The notes under the pieces were generated by a model. The model was given only the letters and a program-made list of their open reading frames with translations, was not told where the DNA came from and did not search any database. From positions 7,409 to 71,408 of the forward strand of contig CAMDWQ010000009.1 in assembly GCA_945877765.1 (NCBI GenBank): 64,000 bases of DNA, in the 5' to 3' direction. Position numbers and translations under genes: made by a program. Positions 1 to 9,813 of this stretch are shown piece after piece. The DNA is from Candidatus Omnitrophota bacterium (GTDB taxonomy: Bacteria; Omnitrophota; Gorgyraeia; 2-02-FULL-51-18). The first letter of the stretch is position 1, and every line of letters starts with the position of its first letter.

Positions 1-833
1 CGCTGCGATCCGCAATCGTTACGACTCAAGCGATGCAAAAATTTCTGATGCGTCGGGGAAACATAATCATCAAATTCGCCGTGAATCATTAACAAAGGCC
101 CATGTTTTTTCCGAAGCAGTTTTTCAACGTCCACAAAACGTTTGTTGGATTTTTTTTGACAGTACCAAAATCCAAGGCTTGTAAATAAGTTGACTACCCA
201 AAAGGGATAATTTTCTCCAAAGAGATTGGGTTTGACTAATATCGGCGCCCATTTGCGGATATAGTCCCTAAAAATTTCTCTCATGGAGAAAAGACCATCG
301 GTAATGACACCAGCGACCAGCGGCTCACCCTCCGCGGCAGCAAAAGCAATGTCGGCGCCGCGCGAAACCCCGAAAAGCACAATTTTTGTTTTAGATTTAA
401 ACGCTGTTTTGACCCAAGCGATGACCATCCGCATTTTCTGTACGTCTTCCTCCGTGGGCCACTGCGAAAGAGAGTTTTTGCCCACATCGGAGGTATCCGC
501 AAGAAAATCGATGCTTAGGACATGAAAACCCAGATCAGGGAAAAAATAGGCATACTTTTCCCAGGACTCCTTTGCAGATCCCGAATCATGACAGAAAATG
601 ACAATTTTATCCGCGCCTGTCCTTTCCACGTGCACCGCGCTGACTTCATGGCCGCCTGAATCAAGAATGGAAATTTTTTCACCCGCGCTTGAGATAACCG
701 TGTCGTAAGCGGGCTTATATTTCAAACCAAGAAAAATATTCGCAATCATGCGGGTGTACTTGAAACCAGAATGCATGGAGTAAGCAATCGCCAAAACTAG
801 AGGAACTATGATTAATAAAAAGAGAGGGTTCAT
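1..833 (-). CDS. Alpha/beta-hydrolase with N-terminal membrane anchor (partial, runs off the left edge; absent from the ORF track)
   Basis: Manual translation from ATG 833: MNPLFLLIIVPLVLAIAY...KIVIFCHDSG...VLFGVSRGA (GxSxG elbow)...PLLMIHGEFDDYVSP. No stop before the edge. Confidence 0.85.
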   Translation of the reverse strand, partial: MNPLFLLIIVPLVLAIAYSMHSGFKYTRMIANIFLGLKYKPAYDTVISSAGEKISILDSGGHEVSAVHVERTGADKIVIFCHDSGSAKESWEKYAYFFPDLGFHVLSIDFLADTSDVGKNSLSQWPTEEDVQKMRMVIAWVKTAFKSKTKIVLFGVSRGADIAFAAAEGEPLVAGVITDGLFSMREIFRDYIRKWAPILVKPNLFGENYPFWVVNLFTSLGFWYCQKKSNKRFVDVEKLLRKKHGPLLMIHGEFDDYVSPTHQKFLHRLSRNDCGSQ

Positions 834-838
834 CGGTT

Positions 839-1567
839 TTATTTTTTCTTTCGAAGAATCTCTACAATCCAACCCGCCAAAATACTAAATTCAAAAAGAA
901 CCAAAAGCGGGACAGCCAGCATCAATTGGGTCGCCATATCCGGTCCCGGCGTTAGTACCGCTGCGGCGATAAAAATAAATACAATGATATGCCTCTGGTA
1001 CCTATTCAGGGTAGCAACATTTACCACGCCCGACGCAACAGCTGCCATGACGAATACCGGCAGGTTGAATGCAAAACCGAAAGCAAGCATCATGCCGCTT
1101 AGAAATCCAAGGTATTCATTAATGGAGACCAACGGCCTTAGAACCTCGGTCTGCTGGCCAATCAGAAAATGAAGCGTCATTGGCAAGACAGTTAAATAAC
1201 AGAAAAGTGCTCCCGCAAAAAATAAAAAAGAGCTAATAAAAACAACCGGCAATATTGCCTTCTTCTCGCGAGAATGCATCGCCGGAGAAAGAAAAAGCCA
1301 TAGCTGGCAAACCACCAGTGGGGATGCGATCAAAAGCCCAGCCAATAAAACAGCTTTAATTTTTGCCATAAAAGCATCTGCCGGTGAAAAAAAATAGGCC
1401 TGCCCAATCAGGGGCTGTATCGGCTTCATCAGGATCGCAAGAATTTCATCGGCAAAAAGGAAGCAAAACGAACCCGCGGCCGCGATCGCCGCTAGACAGA
1501 TAAGAAGACGCTTTCTAAATTCTTCGAGATGTCCCCCAAAGGAGAGTAGTTTTTGTGCATCTGGCAT
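839..1567 (-). CDS. tatC: Twin-arginine translocase subunit TatC
   Basis: HLEEFRKRL, SPADAF, QLWLFLSPAM..E, AAVLTPGPD motifs; about 6 TM segments. Confidence 0.95.
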   Translation of the reverse strand: MPDAQKLLSFGGHLEEFRKRLLICLAAIAAAGSFCFLFADEILAILMKPIQPLIGQAYFFSPADAFMAKIKAVLLAGLLIASPLVVCQLWLFLSPAMHSREKKAILPVVFISSFLFFAGALFCYLTVLPMTLHFLIGQQTEVLRPLVSINEYLGFLSGMMLAFGFAFNLPVFVMAAVASGVVNVATLNRYQRHIIVFIFIAAAVLTPGPDMATQLMLAVPLLVLFEFSILAGWIVEILRKKK

Positions 1568-1574
1568 AAACCTT

Positions 1575-1617
1575 ATTGTATCATCGGTTTGACTTCCCAG
1601 ACCCCTTTTGTTAGTAT
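1575..1617. promoter_or_regulatory. Divergent sigma70-type promoters
   Basis: Plus strand: TTGACT(1589)-17 nt-TAGTAT(1612-1617) with TGn extension. Minus strand: TGn-TACAAT (1575-1583), 7 nt before the tatC ATG. Confidence 0.6.
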
Positions 1618-1628
1618 CAAGCTCATCT

Positions 1629-2597
1629 ATGATTAAAGCTTATGGACGCTTCTTCCTTTTTTTAATTCCAATCCTTGCCCTTTCGGTGGCGGTCTTGTTT
1701 TTACAGCTTAAAAACAATGAGCTTACAAAAATGAATCGGTCACTTCTTGCATCCAATAGCTCACTCCAGGCAAAAGCCCAGCAATTAAAATCAAAAAACA
1801 GGGTGCTATTTAAAACTCTGATCAAAAATGCGTCGTTGGTAAAGGGAATGAAGGGGCAGAAACAAGCCTTCCAAGAAACGATTGATTCCCTAAAAAAACA
1901 AGAGGAGGCAATTCAGTTTGAAATTACAAGATCCCAGGAAGAAATGAATACCGCTCTCGCAGAAAAAACCTATCTCGAAGACATGCTCATCCATAAAACT
2001 CGGCAGATTGAATCTTTGAAAATCCAAAATCCAGCGCCAGTTCAAAATACCGCTGATTTGAACCAAGCTACCGCGGCAGGCGCCGACATCAGCGCAAAAA
2101 TTAAGGAAAAAGAAAACCAAATCCGCACCCTGACCGAACAAAACCGTGCGCTTTCGACCAAAATGGACCGCTTGTATCAAGTCACTACCAGTGAAATTTC
2201 AGAAATCAACGTCGCCAAAATCGCTCTAGAAGATACAGTAACCGGCGCCAAAGACAAAATCAACCAAGAGTGGAATACAGTAAATCTAGGCTCTATTAGC
2301 ATCGATAAGAAGGGTCCGACTCCGCCTGTCGCCGCAGCGCCCGAAGCCGTCAAGAGCGGCCCTAAAACGTCAGGTAAAGTACTGGCGGTAAACGACAGTC
2401 ATGGGTTTGTTGTGGTGGACTTGGGGAAAATTGACAACTTAAGCATGGGCGCGAATCTTGAAATTCTACGCGAGGGAAAAAATATTGCTAGTTTAAGCGT
2501 GCTTGAAATCCGGGATGTAATGACCGCTTGCAATATCAAAAACTTGGAAACTGGCGAAAAGATCAGAGTTAATGATTTGGTTCGGGTTCAAAAATAG
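1629..2597 (+). CDS. Membrane-anchored coiled-coil protein with C-terminal beta domain (hypothetical)
   Basis: N-terminal TM helix, long heptad region, C-terminal GKVLAVNDSHGFVVVDLG domain. ATG 1629 is preferred because TTG 1608 lies inside the promoter. Overlaps the dxs 3' end by 29 nt. Confidence 0.75.
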   Translation: MIKAYGRFFLFLIPILALSVAVLFLQLKNNELTKMNRSLLASNSSLQAKAQQLKSKNRVLFKTLIKNASLVKGMKGQKQAFQETIDSLKKQEEAIQFEITRSQEEMNTALAEKTYLEDMLIHKTRQIESLKIQNPAPVQNTADLNQATAAGADISAKIKEKENQIRTLTEQNRALSTKMDRLYQVTTSEISEINVAKIALEDTVTGAKDKINQEWNTVNLGSISIDKKGPTPPVAAAPEAVKSGPKTSGKVLAVNDSHGFVVVDLGKIDNLSMGANLEILREGKNIASLSVLEIRDVMTACNIKNLETGEKIRVNDLVRVQK

Positions 2598-4476
2598 CTA
2601 AACTTTTTACAATTTCTTCCGCAATTTTCGGCGCCGTCAAACCCAGCTTACTCAAAAGAGACTCCCGTTTTCCGTGCTCGATAAATCGATCGGGAATTCC
2701 TAACGTTCTAATCTTGGGAACCGCTGATTCCTGCTGTTCAAACAATTCAAGAACGCCGTCCCCAAAACCACCGACAAGAGATCCTTCTTCAAGGGTGACC
2801 ACCAGTGATTTTCCTTTACTAAGACGCAAAATCAACGCTTCGTCTAAGGGCTTGGCAAAACGAGTGTTTATTACCGTCGCTTCAATGCCGCTTTTTTCAA
2901 GAATCCCAGCCGCTTCAAAAGCCGTATAGACTAGACTGCCATAGGCTAGGATCAACACATCCTTGCCCTCCCTCAAAATTTCTGATTTTCCCAATTGAAT
3001 CGCCGCGGGAATTACATTTTTAAGCGCCGATTCGCTTTCCTCGGAAACCGCCCCTCTGGGATACCGCACCGCGATAGGTCCCAAGAGATGCCCCTGGGCA
3101 AATTCCAACATCAGCTCAAATTCGCGGCCGTCCCGCGGAGCCATGAGCGTCATTCCAGGTATTTTTCTCAAATAGGAAATATCAAAAACGCCGTGATGCG
3201 TCGGCCCGTCTTCCCCCACAAGCCCGCCGCGATCAAGGCAAAAAACAACCGGCAGTCGTTGCAGCGCCACATCATGAATAATCTGGTCATGCGCCCGCTG
3301 TAAAAATGTGGAATAAATCGCCACAAACGGCCTCAAACCCGCCTCCGTCAATCCCGCCGCAAAAGAAACACCATGCTCCTCGGCTATTCCGACGTCAAAA
3401 AATCTATCGGGAAATTTTTTAGAAAATTCAATCAGTCCTGTCCCGTCACACATCGCCGCCGTGATCGCGACGATTTTTTTATTTTTATCCGCCAGTTGAA
3501 TCATTTTATCGCCGAAAACTTTGGTATAGGATTTTTGTTTGGCGCCCGGTTTCACTTCGCCGGTTTCGACGCAAAATGGAGTGGAGGCGTGCCATTTGGA
3601 CGGATCCGACTCAGCCACCGTATAACCTTTTCCTTTTTTGGTAATCACGTGCAGGAAAATAGGCCCTGGAATTTTTTTGACGTTTTCCAGGATTTCAATC
3701 ATCGACTCAATATTGTGCCCATCCAGCGGTCCAAAATAACGAAATCCCATTTCTTCAAAGAGAAGCCCCGGGACAAAAATATGCTTGATCCCCTCGTCAA
3801 TTTTTTTGGCTTTGGCCACCATCTGGCCGCCGACCTTTGGAATTTTTCGAATCCCCTCGACGATATCATGGCGAAGATGATTGTAAAAACCGCTGGAGAT
3901 AAATTTATTAAAGGACTTACTCAGCGCACCGACCGTCGGAGAAATGCTCATTTCATTATCATTTAAAATCACAATTAGGTTGTCTTTGACATGACCGGCG
4001 TGGTTGAGTGCCTCGAATGCCATCCCGCTCACCAGCGACGCATCTCCGATCACCGCAATGGCTCTGGCCTCTTTTTTTAAAATTCGGTTGCCTACGGCAA
4101 TGCCAAATGAAGTGGAAATGGAAGTCGCCGCATGACCCGTGGTAAAAGGATCATGCTCGCTTTCATCTTTATTGGAAAATCCGCTCATCCCGTCTTCTTG
4201 GCGAAATGTCTTAAACGCTTCTTTTCTGCCCGTGAGGATTTTATGCGCGTGAACTTGGTGCCCGACATCCCAGACAATCGTATCATGCGGCGTATTGAAA
4301 CAATAATGAAGTGCAATGGTCAGGTCTACAGCTCCTAGAGCCGCGCCCAAATGACCGCCGTTGGTCGAAACGACTTCAAGAATACATTCCCGTACTTCTT
4401 TGGCAAGCCCCGCCAAATCACTCTTGGGGAGTTTTTTAATATCGTCGGGATTTTTAATTCCGTTTAAAAAGGACAT
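2569..4476 (-). CDS. dxs: 1-deoxy-D-xylulose-5-phosphate synthase
   Basis: GGHLG, DVGHQ, GDA..SGMAFEALN, YSTFLQRAHDQ, DGPTHHG motifs. Confidence 0.97.
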   Translation of the reverse strand: MSFLNGIKNPDDIKKLPKSDLAGLAKEVRECILEVVSTNGGHLGAALGAVDLTIALHYCFNTPHDTIVWDVGHQVHAHKILTGRKEAFKTFRQEDGMSGFSNKDESEHDPFTTGHAATSISTSFGIAVGNRILKKEARAIAVIGDASLVSGMAFEALNHAGHVKDNLIVILNDNEMSISPTVGALSKSFNKFISSGFYNHLRHDIVEGIRKIPKVGGQMVAKAKKIDEGIKHIFVPGLLFEEMGFRYFGPLDGHNIESMIEILENVKKIPGPIFLHVITKKGKGYTVAESDPSKWHASTPFCVETGEVKPGAKQKSYTKVFGDKMIQLADKNKKIVAITAAMCDGTGLIEFSKKFPDRFFDVGIAEEHGVSFAAGLTEAGLRPFVAIYSTFLQRAHDQIIHDVALQRLPVVFCLDRGGLVGEDGPTHHGVFDISYLRKIPGMTLMAPRDGREFELMLEFAQGHLLGPIAVRYPRGAVSEESESALKNVIPAAIQLGKSEILREGKDVLILAYGSLVYTAFEAAGILEKSGIEATVINTRFAKPLDEALILRLSKGKSLVVTLEEGSLVGGFGDGVLELFEQQESAVPKIRTLGIPDRFIEHGKRESLLSKLGLTAPKIAEEIVKSLAIFEPEPNH

Positions 4477-5313
4477 CTATTTTTTTCTTTCCAGTACAAA
4501 ATCGGCTATTTCGGACAAAATCACACCCTTTTTACCTAATAACTTAAGCTCATTTTTGGCGCGCCGGTGAATTCCAGCCGCCTCCTCTCGGGCTTGTGTC
4601 AAACCCAGCAATTCAGCATACCCCTCCTCATCGAGGATGTCATCCACAATTTGGAACAAAAGTCCAAGTGCCTGTCCGTAGCGAAAAATCGAGCGGACCT
4701 GATCCGCATTTCCACCACCCAGGTAAACTCCCACCCGAGCCGACGCGGCAATCAAAGCACCTGATTTGTGAATATTAATGTATTCCATGATCGCAAGATT
4801 GGTCTTTTTATCTTGGTATTCAATATCCACCGCCTGACCACCCACCATCCCCGCAGAACCCACCGCCTCGGCGATAAAGCGTATCGTTTCAAGCTGTCTA
4901 TTTGAAAAATCCTTCGGTGTATTTTTCACCGGCTCACTCAAAATCCTAAACGCCAGCGTCAAAAGCGCATCCCCCGCCAAAACCGCCGTATCTTCGCCAA
5001 ACTTCACATGACAAGTCGGCTTCCCCCGCCTGAGTGCATCATCATCCATGCAGGGCAAATCATCATGAATGAGCGAATAACAATGAATGAGCTCCAGCGC
5101 ACAGGCTGCCGGCAACACGCGCCGCACATCCCCACCCACCGCCTCACAAGCCGCCAACGTCAAAACCGGCCGCACGCGCTTGCCCCCCGACATCACCGCA
5201 TACAGCATCGCCTCATGCAGTTTGCGTGCATGTGTCCCCGGCTTTGGAAGATATCCCAAAAGGGCATTATCAATTTTAATTGCTTGTTTTTTAAAATATA
5301 TCTCAATAGCCAT
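4477..5313 (-). CDS. ispA: Polyprenyl (farnesyl) diphosphate synthase
   Basis: GGKRVRP, LIHDDLPCMDDD, RRGKPT, FQIVDDILD; xseB-ispA-dxs synteny. Start ATG 5313 preferred. Confidence 0.93.
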   Translation of the reverse strand: MAIEIYFKKQAIKIDNALLGYLPKPGTHARKLHEAMLYAVMSGGKRVRPVLTLAACEAVGGDVRRVLPAACALELIHCYSLIHDDLPCMDDDALRRGKPTCHVKFGEDTAVLAGDALLTLAFRILSEPVKNTPKDFSNRQLETIRFIAEAVGSAGMVGGQAVDIEYQDKKTNLAIMEYINIHKSGALIAASARVGVYLGGGNADQVRSIFRYGQALGLLFQIVDDILDEEGYAELLGLTQAREEAAGIHRRAKNELKLLGKKGVILSEIADFVLERKK

Positions 5314-5382
5314 TAGTAGCCACAAATCCCGTTGTTTTCACCACTACCATCCCTCTCCCAAAAAAATGGCGCACTATGCGTT

Positions 5383-5482
5383 GTGTCCGCCGGGTGGCGC
5401 CGGAGGGGAGGCCTCCGCTGCGCGGAGTGAAAATTTACACGAGCACAGCGGAGTCCCGCAGGTGACAGGCCCCGGCGAACAC
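5383..5482. repeat. ~100-bp long-hairpin element, family H copy A
   Basis: Near-identical to 20111-20215; nested inverted repeats CGCCGGG/CCCGGCG and CTCCGCTG/CAGCGGAG. Confidence 0.8.
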
Positions 5483-5496
5483 TATACACACCGCAC

Positions 5497-5757
5497 TTAT
5501 TTATTCTTTTTCTTCGCCTTCCCGCCCTCATCTTCAAACACTTCCGTCTTAAACTTCCCCGCATTCGTCTTCACCAACACTTCAACTCTCTTCTGCGCCT
5601 CCGACAACCTCTTCGTACAAATATCCGCCATTTTGACGCCTTCTTCATACTGTTTGAGCGCCTGTTCCAACGACAATTCCCCGCTCTCCAGATTCTGCAC
5701 AATCGCTTCCAATTTTTTCAGCGCCGCTTCAAATTCCACTTCCTTAATTTCACTCAT
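5497..5757 (-). CDS. xseB: Exodeoxyribonuclease VII small subunit
   Basis: FEAALKKLEAIV..LESGELSLEQAL..YEEG. Confidence 0.95.
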   Translation of the reverse strand: MSEIKEVEFEAALKKLEAIVQNLESGELSLEQALKQYEEGVKMADICTKRLSEAQKRVEVLVKTNAGKFKTEVFEDEGGKAKKKNK

Positions 5758-6977
5758 GCGTTGATCCCCTTTATTTGGCTGGTAAAAAATCCATCGCTTA
5801 GTTTTGTTTTTAAAAAATCACCTACTTTAATTTTTTTGACCGAGGTGACTATTTTTTCCTCAGGTAGTTTCATCGACACGCTAAAACCGCGTCGTAACAC
5901 GGCCAACGGCCCGAGCGCTTCCAATTTCCCAAAAAGCGCGTAAGTTTTTTCCTTTTTCAATGAAATAAAATTTTCAAACAACATCGCGGCCTGTCTTTTT
6001 AGCTCATCCAGCTTCTGAAATTGACCCTCAAAAATTGCCAGCGGGTCTTTTAGACTGCTGTTTTCCTTTAAAAGTTTGAGCTCTTGTCTTAATTCCCTAA
6101 TCCGGCCATTGATTCCCTGAAGCGAACGCAAGCGAAGCTCTTCCACCCTCTCAACCAACTCTTCTTTAAGCGGTAACACCAATTCCGCCGCTGCCGAGGG
6201 TGTCGCTGCACGCAAATCAGAAACAAAATCAGCAATCGTAAAATCCACTTCATGCCCAACCGCCGAGATCACGGGAATATGAGAATTAAAAATTGCCCGC
6301 GCGACAATTTCCTCATTAAACGCCCAGAGATCCTCCAAGCTTCCGCCGCCGCGCCCCACAATCAAAACATCGGCATTTTCCAAAGCGTTAAAATCATCGA
6401 TGGCTTCGGCAATGCTCTCAGCCGCAGCAGCCCCCTGCACCGCTACCGGATATATCAAAAGATGCGCGCCGGAAAATCGTCTTTCCAAAATATTCAAAAT
6501 ATCCCGAAGGGCCGCACCGTCAATCGAGGTCACAAGACCTATCGTTTTTGGCAGATACGGAATTGGTTTTTTGTGTGCCTCGTCAAAAAGACCTTCGTTT
6601 TTTAGCTTTTCAACCAGCTGTTGAAAGCGAAGCTGCAAAGCGCCAATGCCTTTAGGTTCAATCGCCTCAATCATCAGTTGATACTGCCCGCGGGGTGCGT
6701 ACACGCTAACGCGGGAGCGCACCAATACTTTCATGCCTTCCCCGGGCTCAAAACCTAAAGAAGCGTTCTCCCGACGAAACATGACGCACTGGATCTGGGC
6801 AGACTCATCTTTCAGCGAAAAATACATGTGGCCCGAGGTATGAAGTTTGAAATTAGTGATTTCACCTTCCACCCACACGTCGGAAAAACGGCCCTCAAGC
6901 GTAAAACGAATATCCCGCGTAAGATCAGAAACACTGTAAACGGTGCGGCCTGTTTTAAGTTCGTAAGTTTTAATCAA
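5754..6977 (-). CDS. xseA: Exodeoxyribonuclease VII large subunit
   Basis: SGHMYFSLKD, RGGGSLEDLWAFN, SAVGHEVD, TPSAAAE. Confidence 0.96.
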   Translation of the reverse strand: MIKTYELKTGRTVYSVSDLTRDIRFTLEGRFSDVWVEGEITNFKLHTSGHMYFSLKDESAQIQCVMFRRENASLGFEPGEGMKVLVRSRVSVYAPRGQYQLMIEAIEPKGIGALQLRFQQLVEKLKNEGLFDEAHKKPIPYLPKTIGLVTSIDGAALRDILNILERRFSGAHLLIYPVAVQGAAAAESIAEAIDDFNALENADVLIVGRGGGSLEDLWAFNEEIVARAIFNSHIPVISAVGHEVDFTIADFVSDLRAATPSAAAELVLPLKEELVERVEELRLRSLQGINGRIRELRQELKLLKENSSLKDPLAIFEGQFQKLDELKRQAAMLFENFISLKKEKTYALFGKLEALGPLAVLRRGFSVSMKLPEEKIVTSVKKIKVGDFLKTKLSDGFFTSQIKGINA

Positions 6978-7025
6978 TCGGCTCTCTATTTATCCATAGG
7001 CATGCGTTTAAAAATAAGTTTTTGG

Positions 7026-7052
7026 AATTCTCCAACATGCTGTTGGAGAATT
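7026..7052. other. Perfect 12-bp inverted repeat (terminator or operator)
   Basis: AATTCTCCAACA-TGC-TGTTGGAGAATT between the TA pair and xseA. Confidence 0.5.
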
Positions 7053-7096
7053 ATTGAGTAACGGGGTCAGAGTGCCCCACCCAAAACACGCTGAGG

Positions 7097-7342
7097 TTAC
7101 TTGGCTAAAAGCTTTTCATAAAGAGCTTCGGGGGAAATATCAGCTCCGTTAGGCCAGCAAATCGTCCCTCCCTCAATGCGGGCCGACTTAAAATAATGCT
7201 TGTCTTTGAGTGGTATAAAAACAGTACCCTTATCGAGATATCTTGAAAAGTCGATATCACCCTTCACTCCATCGTCAAATGTAATATGATAAATATAATC
7301 GTCCACATATTTGATGGAGAGGACATCATTTAATTTCCACAT
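7097..7342 (-). CDS. DUF2442-family protein (partner of DUF4160, putative TA)
   Basis: [36 protein letters not shown]. Confidence 0.85.
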   Translation of the reverse strand: MWKLNDVLSIKYVDDYIYHITFDDGVKGDIDFSRYLDKGTVFIPLKDKHYFKSARIEGGTICWPNGADISPEALYEKLLAK

Positions 7343-7350
7343 AAGTCACC

Positions 7351-7611
7351 TCATTCCAAAGGAGTTATTTTTTTGATCTCTTTGCATGCCTTAGCCAGTT
7401 CCCAATCCTCTGCCAGCTCTGTTTGATGAAGATCGATCCATTCACGAATCAATTTTAACGCCGTACGGGAACCTAAATCGCCCAGTAGAATATTCCCGCG
7501 AAAATCCATTACCGCTTTCTTACCGCCAAATTCCGCATGAAAATGCGGCGGATTATGGTCATCATAAAACATTCGAATAACAACGCCAAAAAAGCGTGAT
7601 ATTTCAGGCAT
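7351..7611 (-). CDS. DUF4160-family protein (putative toxin)
   Basis: MPEISRFFGVVIRMFYDDHNPPHFHA, EWIDLHQTEL..DW. Confidence 0.88.
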   Translation of the reverse strand: MPEISRFFGVVIRMFYDDHNPPHFHAEFGGKKAVMDFRGNILLGDLGSRTALKLIREWIDLHQTELAEDWELAKACKEIKKITPLE

Positions 7612-7876
7612 TTTGACCCCTAAAATTTAAATTTAGCCACGTTCAAAGTATATCATCCTACCTAAATATTGACAAAAAAATCTGGTGGTGGCTATAGTGG
7701 TGTGAATTGTAATTAGAAGTGCAACAGGGTTGGGGTGTGGGTTTGGAAGTAGGTTGGAAGAAAAAAGCCCCATAGATCTTAAAGTACTGTTACTTTGTAG
7801 GTGTCGAACAAACAAAGAACAGGAGAGATCTATGGAGCAGGTTAAAGTGGTCAAGTCTTTCCCTAGCCACATCCAC

Positions 7877-7908
7877 ATGATCCCCGATTAGAAAATTCGG
7901 GGATGACA
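7877..7908. repeat. REP-like palindrome, family R (single ATCCCCG...CGGGGATGACA unit)
   Basis: ATGATCCCCGATTAGAAAATTCGGGGATGACA, matches the other R copies. Confidence 0.85.
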
Positions 7909-7915
7909 TTGAATA

Positions 7916-8707
7916 TTATTCTAATTTCCTATGCACTCTTTCAATCTTCACCGCTTTACCCGTGCTTTCGTCGACGGTGATGAGGGCACCGGAGAGACGC
8001 GCGTCATTTTGGGCGACTACTTTTTTGCCGCCGATTTGTGTCAGAAAACGGTCCATGATTTGATCTTTGTCAGCACCGATCACCGAGTCATAGGGTCCTG
8101 TCATTCCTAAATCGGTAAGGCAGGCAGTGCCTTTAGCAGAAACGCGCTCATCGGCTGTTTGCACATGCGTATGAGTGCCAACAACCGCCGCAACGCGTCC
8201 GTCCAGATACCAGGAAATCGCCATCTTTTCGCTGGTAGCCTCGGCATGCATATCCACCAGGATGATCCGAGCCCCCCGAGTCTGAACTTTTAGGATTTCT
8301 TCATCGGCAGAAAAAAATGGGGACAAAAAATGATAGCGCATGAAAACTTGGCCGGCGACATGGATCACACCAATCTTTACGCCCTTACACTCCACGACAG
8401 TGGAGCCGACACCGGGCAAGCCTTTGGGGAAATTGGCGGGTCGGACTAGCCGCGGGTCCGTCTGCATCAATTCTTCCACTTCTTTTCGCTTATCAAACGC
8501 GTGATCGCCCATCGTCAAGACGTCACAACCGGATTGAAAAAGGTCTTTGGCAACTCTGGCACTGACACCAGCACCGTCGGTGGAATTTTCAGCATTACAG
8601 ACAACAAAATCCACTTCGCCGCTTCTTTTCATCGCCGGAACAAAGCGTTCAATCGCTTTACGTCCTGGATCTCCGTACGTATCACCGATCATTAGAATTT
8701 TTAGCAT
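7916..8707 (-). CDS. ymdB: YmdB/TIGR00282 metallophosphoesterase
   Basis: IGD, NAEN, DMHAEATSEK, GTHTHVQTAD, DLGMTGP; downstream of rny. Confidence 0.9.
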   Translation of the reverse strand: MLKILMIGDTYGDPGRKAIERFVPAMKRSGEVDFVVCNAENSTDGAGVSARVAKDLFQSGCDVLTMGDHAFDKRKEVEELMQTDPRLVRPANFPKGLPGVGSTVVECKGVKIGVIHVAGQVFMRYHFLSPFFSADEEILKVQTRGARIILVDMHAEATSEKMAISWYLDGRVAAVVGTHTHVQTADERVSAKGTACLTDLGMTGPYDSVIGADKDQIMDRFLTQIGGKKVVAQNDARLSGALITVDESTGKAVKIERVHRKLE

Positions 8708-8712
8708 TATCT

Positions 8713-9006
8713 TTAAGCCGATTTAAATACTTTACGCCCAAATTCAGCCTGGATTCGCTCGGCGATGAAAATTTTAATTAATGACTGATACGGCACATCT
8801 CTTTTATTTGCCAAAAGCTTGACTTCTTCCAGCATCGACTCTGTAAGCCTCAAAGAAATCGTTTTTACCGAGGGTTTAAGGTTGGGGAAAACCACTCTCT
8901 TGGCTTTCGACCAATCCAAGTAATCGGTCGAATCATGAGTCGCCCAAAAATTCCGCTCCTCATCTTCACTCTTAAACTTAGGGATTCTCTTTTTTATAAA
9001 GCTCAT
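8713..9006 (-). CDS. BrnA/CopG-like antitoxin
   Basis: IPKFKSEDEE..FW.THD, TISLRL, VPYQSLI; overlaps the BrnT-like gene. Confidence 0.85.
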   Translation of the reverse strand: MSFIKKRIPKFKSEDEERNFWATHDSTDYLDWSKAKRVVFPNLKPSVKTISLRLTESMLEEVKLLANKRDVPYQSLIKIFIAERIQAEFGRKVFKSA

Positions 9007-9283
9007 ATACCCGCCTTTCTTTAGCGCTCATGGGTCGCGCAGAAATAACCCGAATTGAATTTTTTCTAACCGTAAATATTAGGTAAAGCTCTTTGCTCTC
9101 ATCTGTCCTTCCAAGCGCAAAGTACCTCATTTCCTGCTCCGAATGAATTTCATCCCACCCAATCCGCAAAGGACTGTTAAATAATACCTGCTCGCATTCC
9201 TGAGGACTAACGCGGTGCTTCTTCCAATTCTTCCCCGCGTTATGCTCATCCCAATCAAAACCTGTGTATTTGGATAAATCCAA
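8978..9283 (-). CDS. brnT: BrnT-family toxin
   Basis: FDWDEHN..KN.KKH.V, E.R...LG, IRVISAR....ER..Y. Confidence 0.88.
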   Translation of the reverse strand: MDLSKYTGFDWDEHNAGKNWKKHRVSPQECEQVLFNSPLRIGWDEIHSEQEMRYFALGRTDESKELYLIFTVRKNSIRVISARPMSAKERRVYELYKKENP

Positions 9284-9298
9284 TGCGCCGATCCTTTG

Positions 9299-9319
9299 TG
9301 TATATATTGGTAATATACA
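9299..9319. promoter_or_regulatory. Putative autoregulatory operator of the BrnT/BrnA-like pair
   Basis: TGTATAT-N7-ATATACA palindrome just upstream of the toxin RBS. Confidence 0.5.
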
Positions 9320-9336
9320 TTAAAATAGAAAGAATA

Positions 9337-9786
9337 TCAAGAAAGCTGCTGTTTATAGGTAAACCCACATTTGGGGCAATTCCGTCTTCCCAAAATTGTT
9401 CTTGCTACACCTCGATGATAATTTCTCACAGAAAATAAATCATAAATTTTTACAAGAAATACGCCACAATTGGGACATATTGCTAAAAGGGTGTATATTC
9501 CCACCCAAATAATAATCCAAACAGGTATAGCAATGATGTCGAAAAATTTAATGTTAAAAGAAATACCAACAAAAATAAGATTGACCCAAAAAAGCATCTT
9601 TAGCCGCTTTATAAACTTCTCGTATCTTACTAATTCTTTAGGTGGATGTACTAAATAGAAAAGAATAGGTCTCAAGAAATAAGCCGCTAAAAATATTGCC
9701 AAAGATACAGAAACTACTATGAAAACCGCGGAAATTATTTCAATGGATATTTTTGAATGAGTTAGAAAATTAAATATATCTCGCAT
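9337..9786 (-). CDS. AT-rich membrane protein with C-terminal zinc ribbon
   Basis: About 3 TM segments; CPNCG...CPKCG. Confidence 0.65.
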   Translation of the reverse strand: MRDIFNFLTHSKISIEIISAVFIVVSVSLAIFLAAYFLRPILFYLVHPPKELVRYEKFIKRLKMLFWVNLIFVGISFNIKFFDIIAIPVWIIIWVGIYTLLAICPNCGVFLVKIYDLFSVRNYHRGVARTILGRRNCPKCGFTYKQQLS

Positions 9787-9813
9787 ATAAATTTCAATCC
9801 GCCATTGCGAAAT

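Noticed and set aside
5313-5564. 83-aa ORF, and the 54-aa N-terminal extension of cysH (20056-20217)
   Set aside because: Both are translations of the family H repeat (GLSPAGLRCA...RRHP), not independent protein homology.
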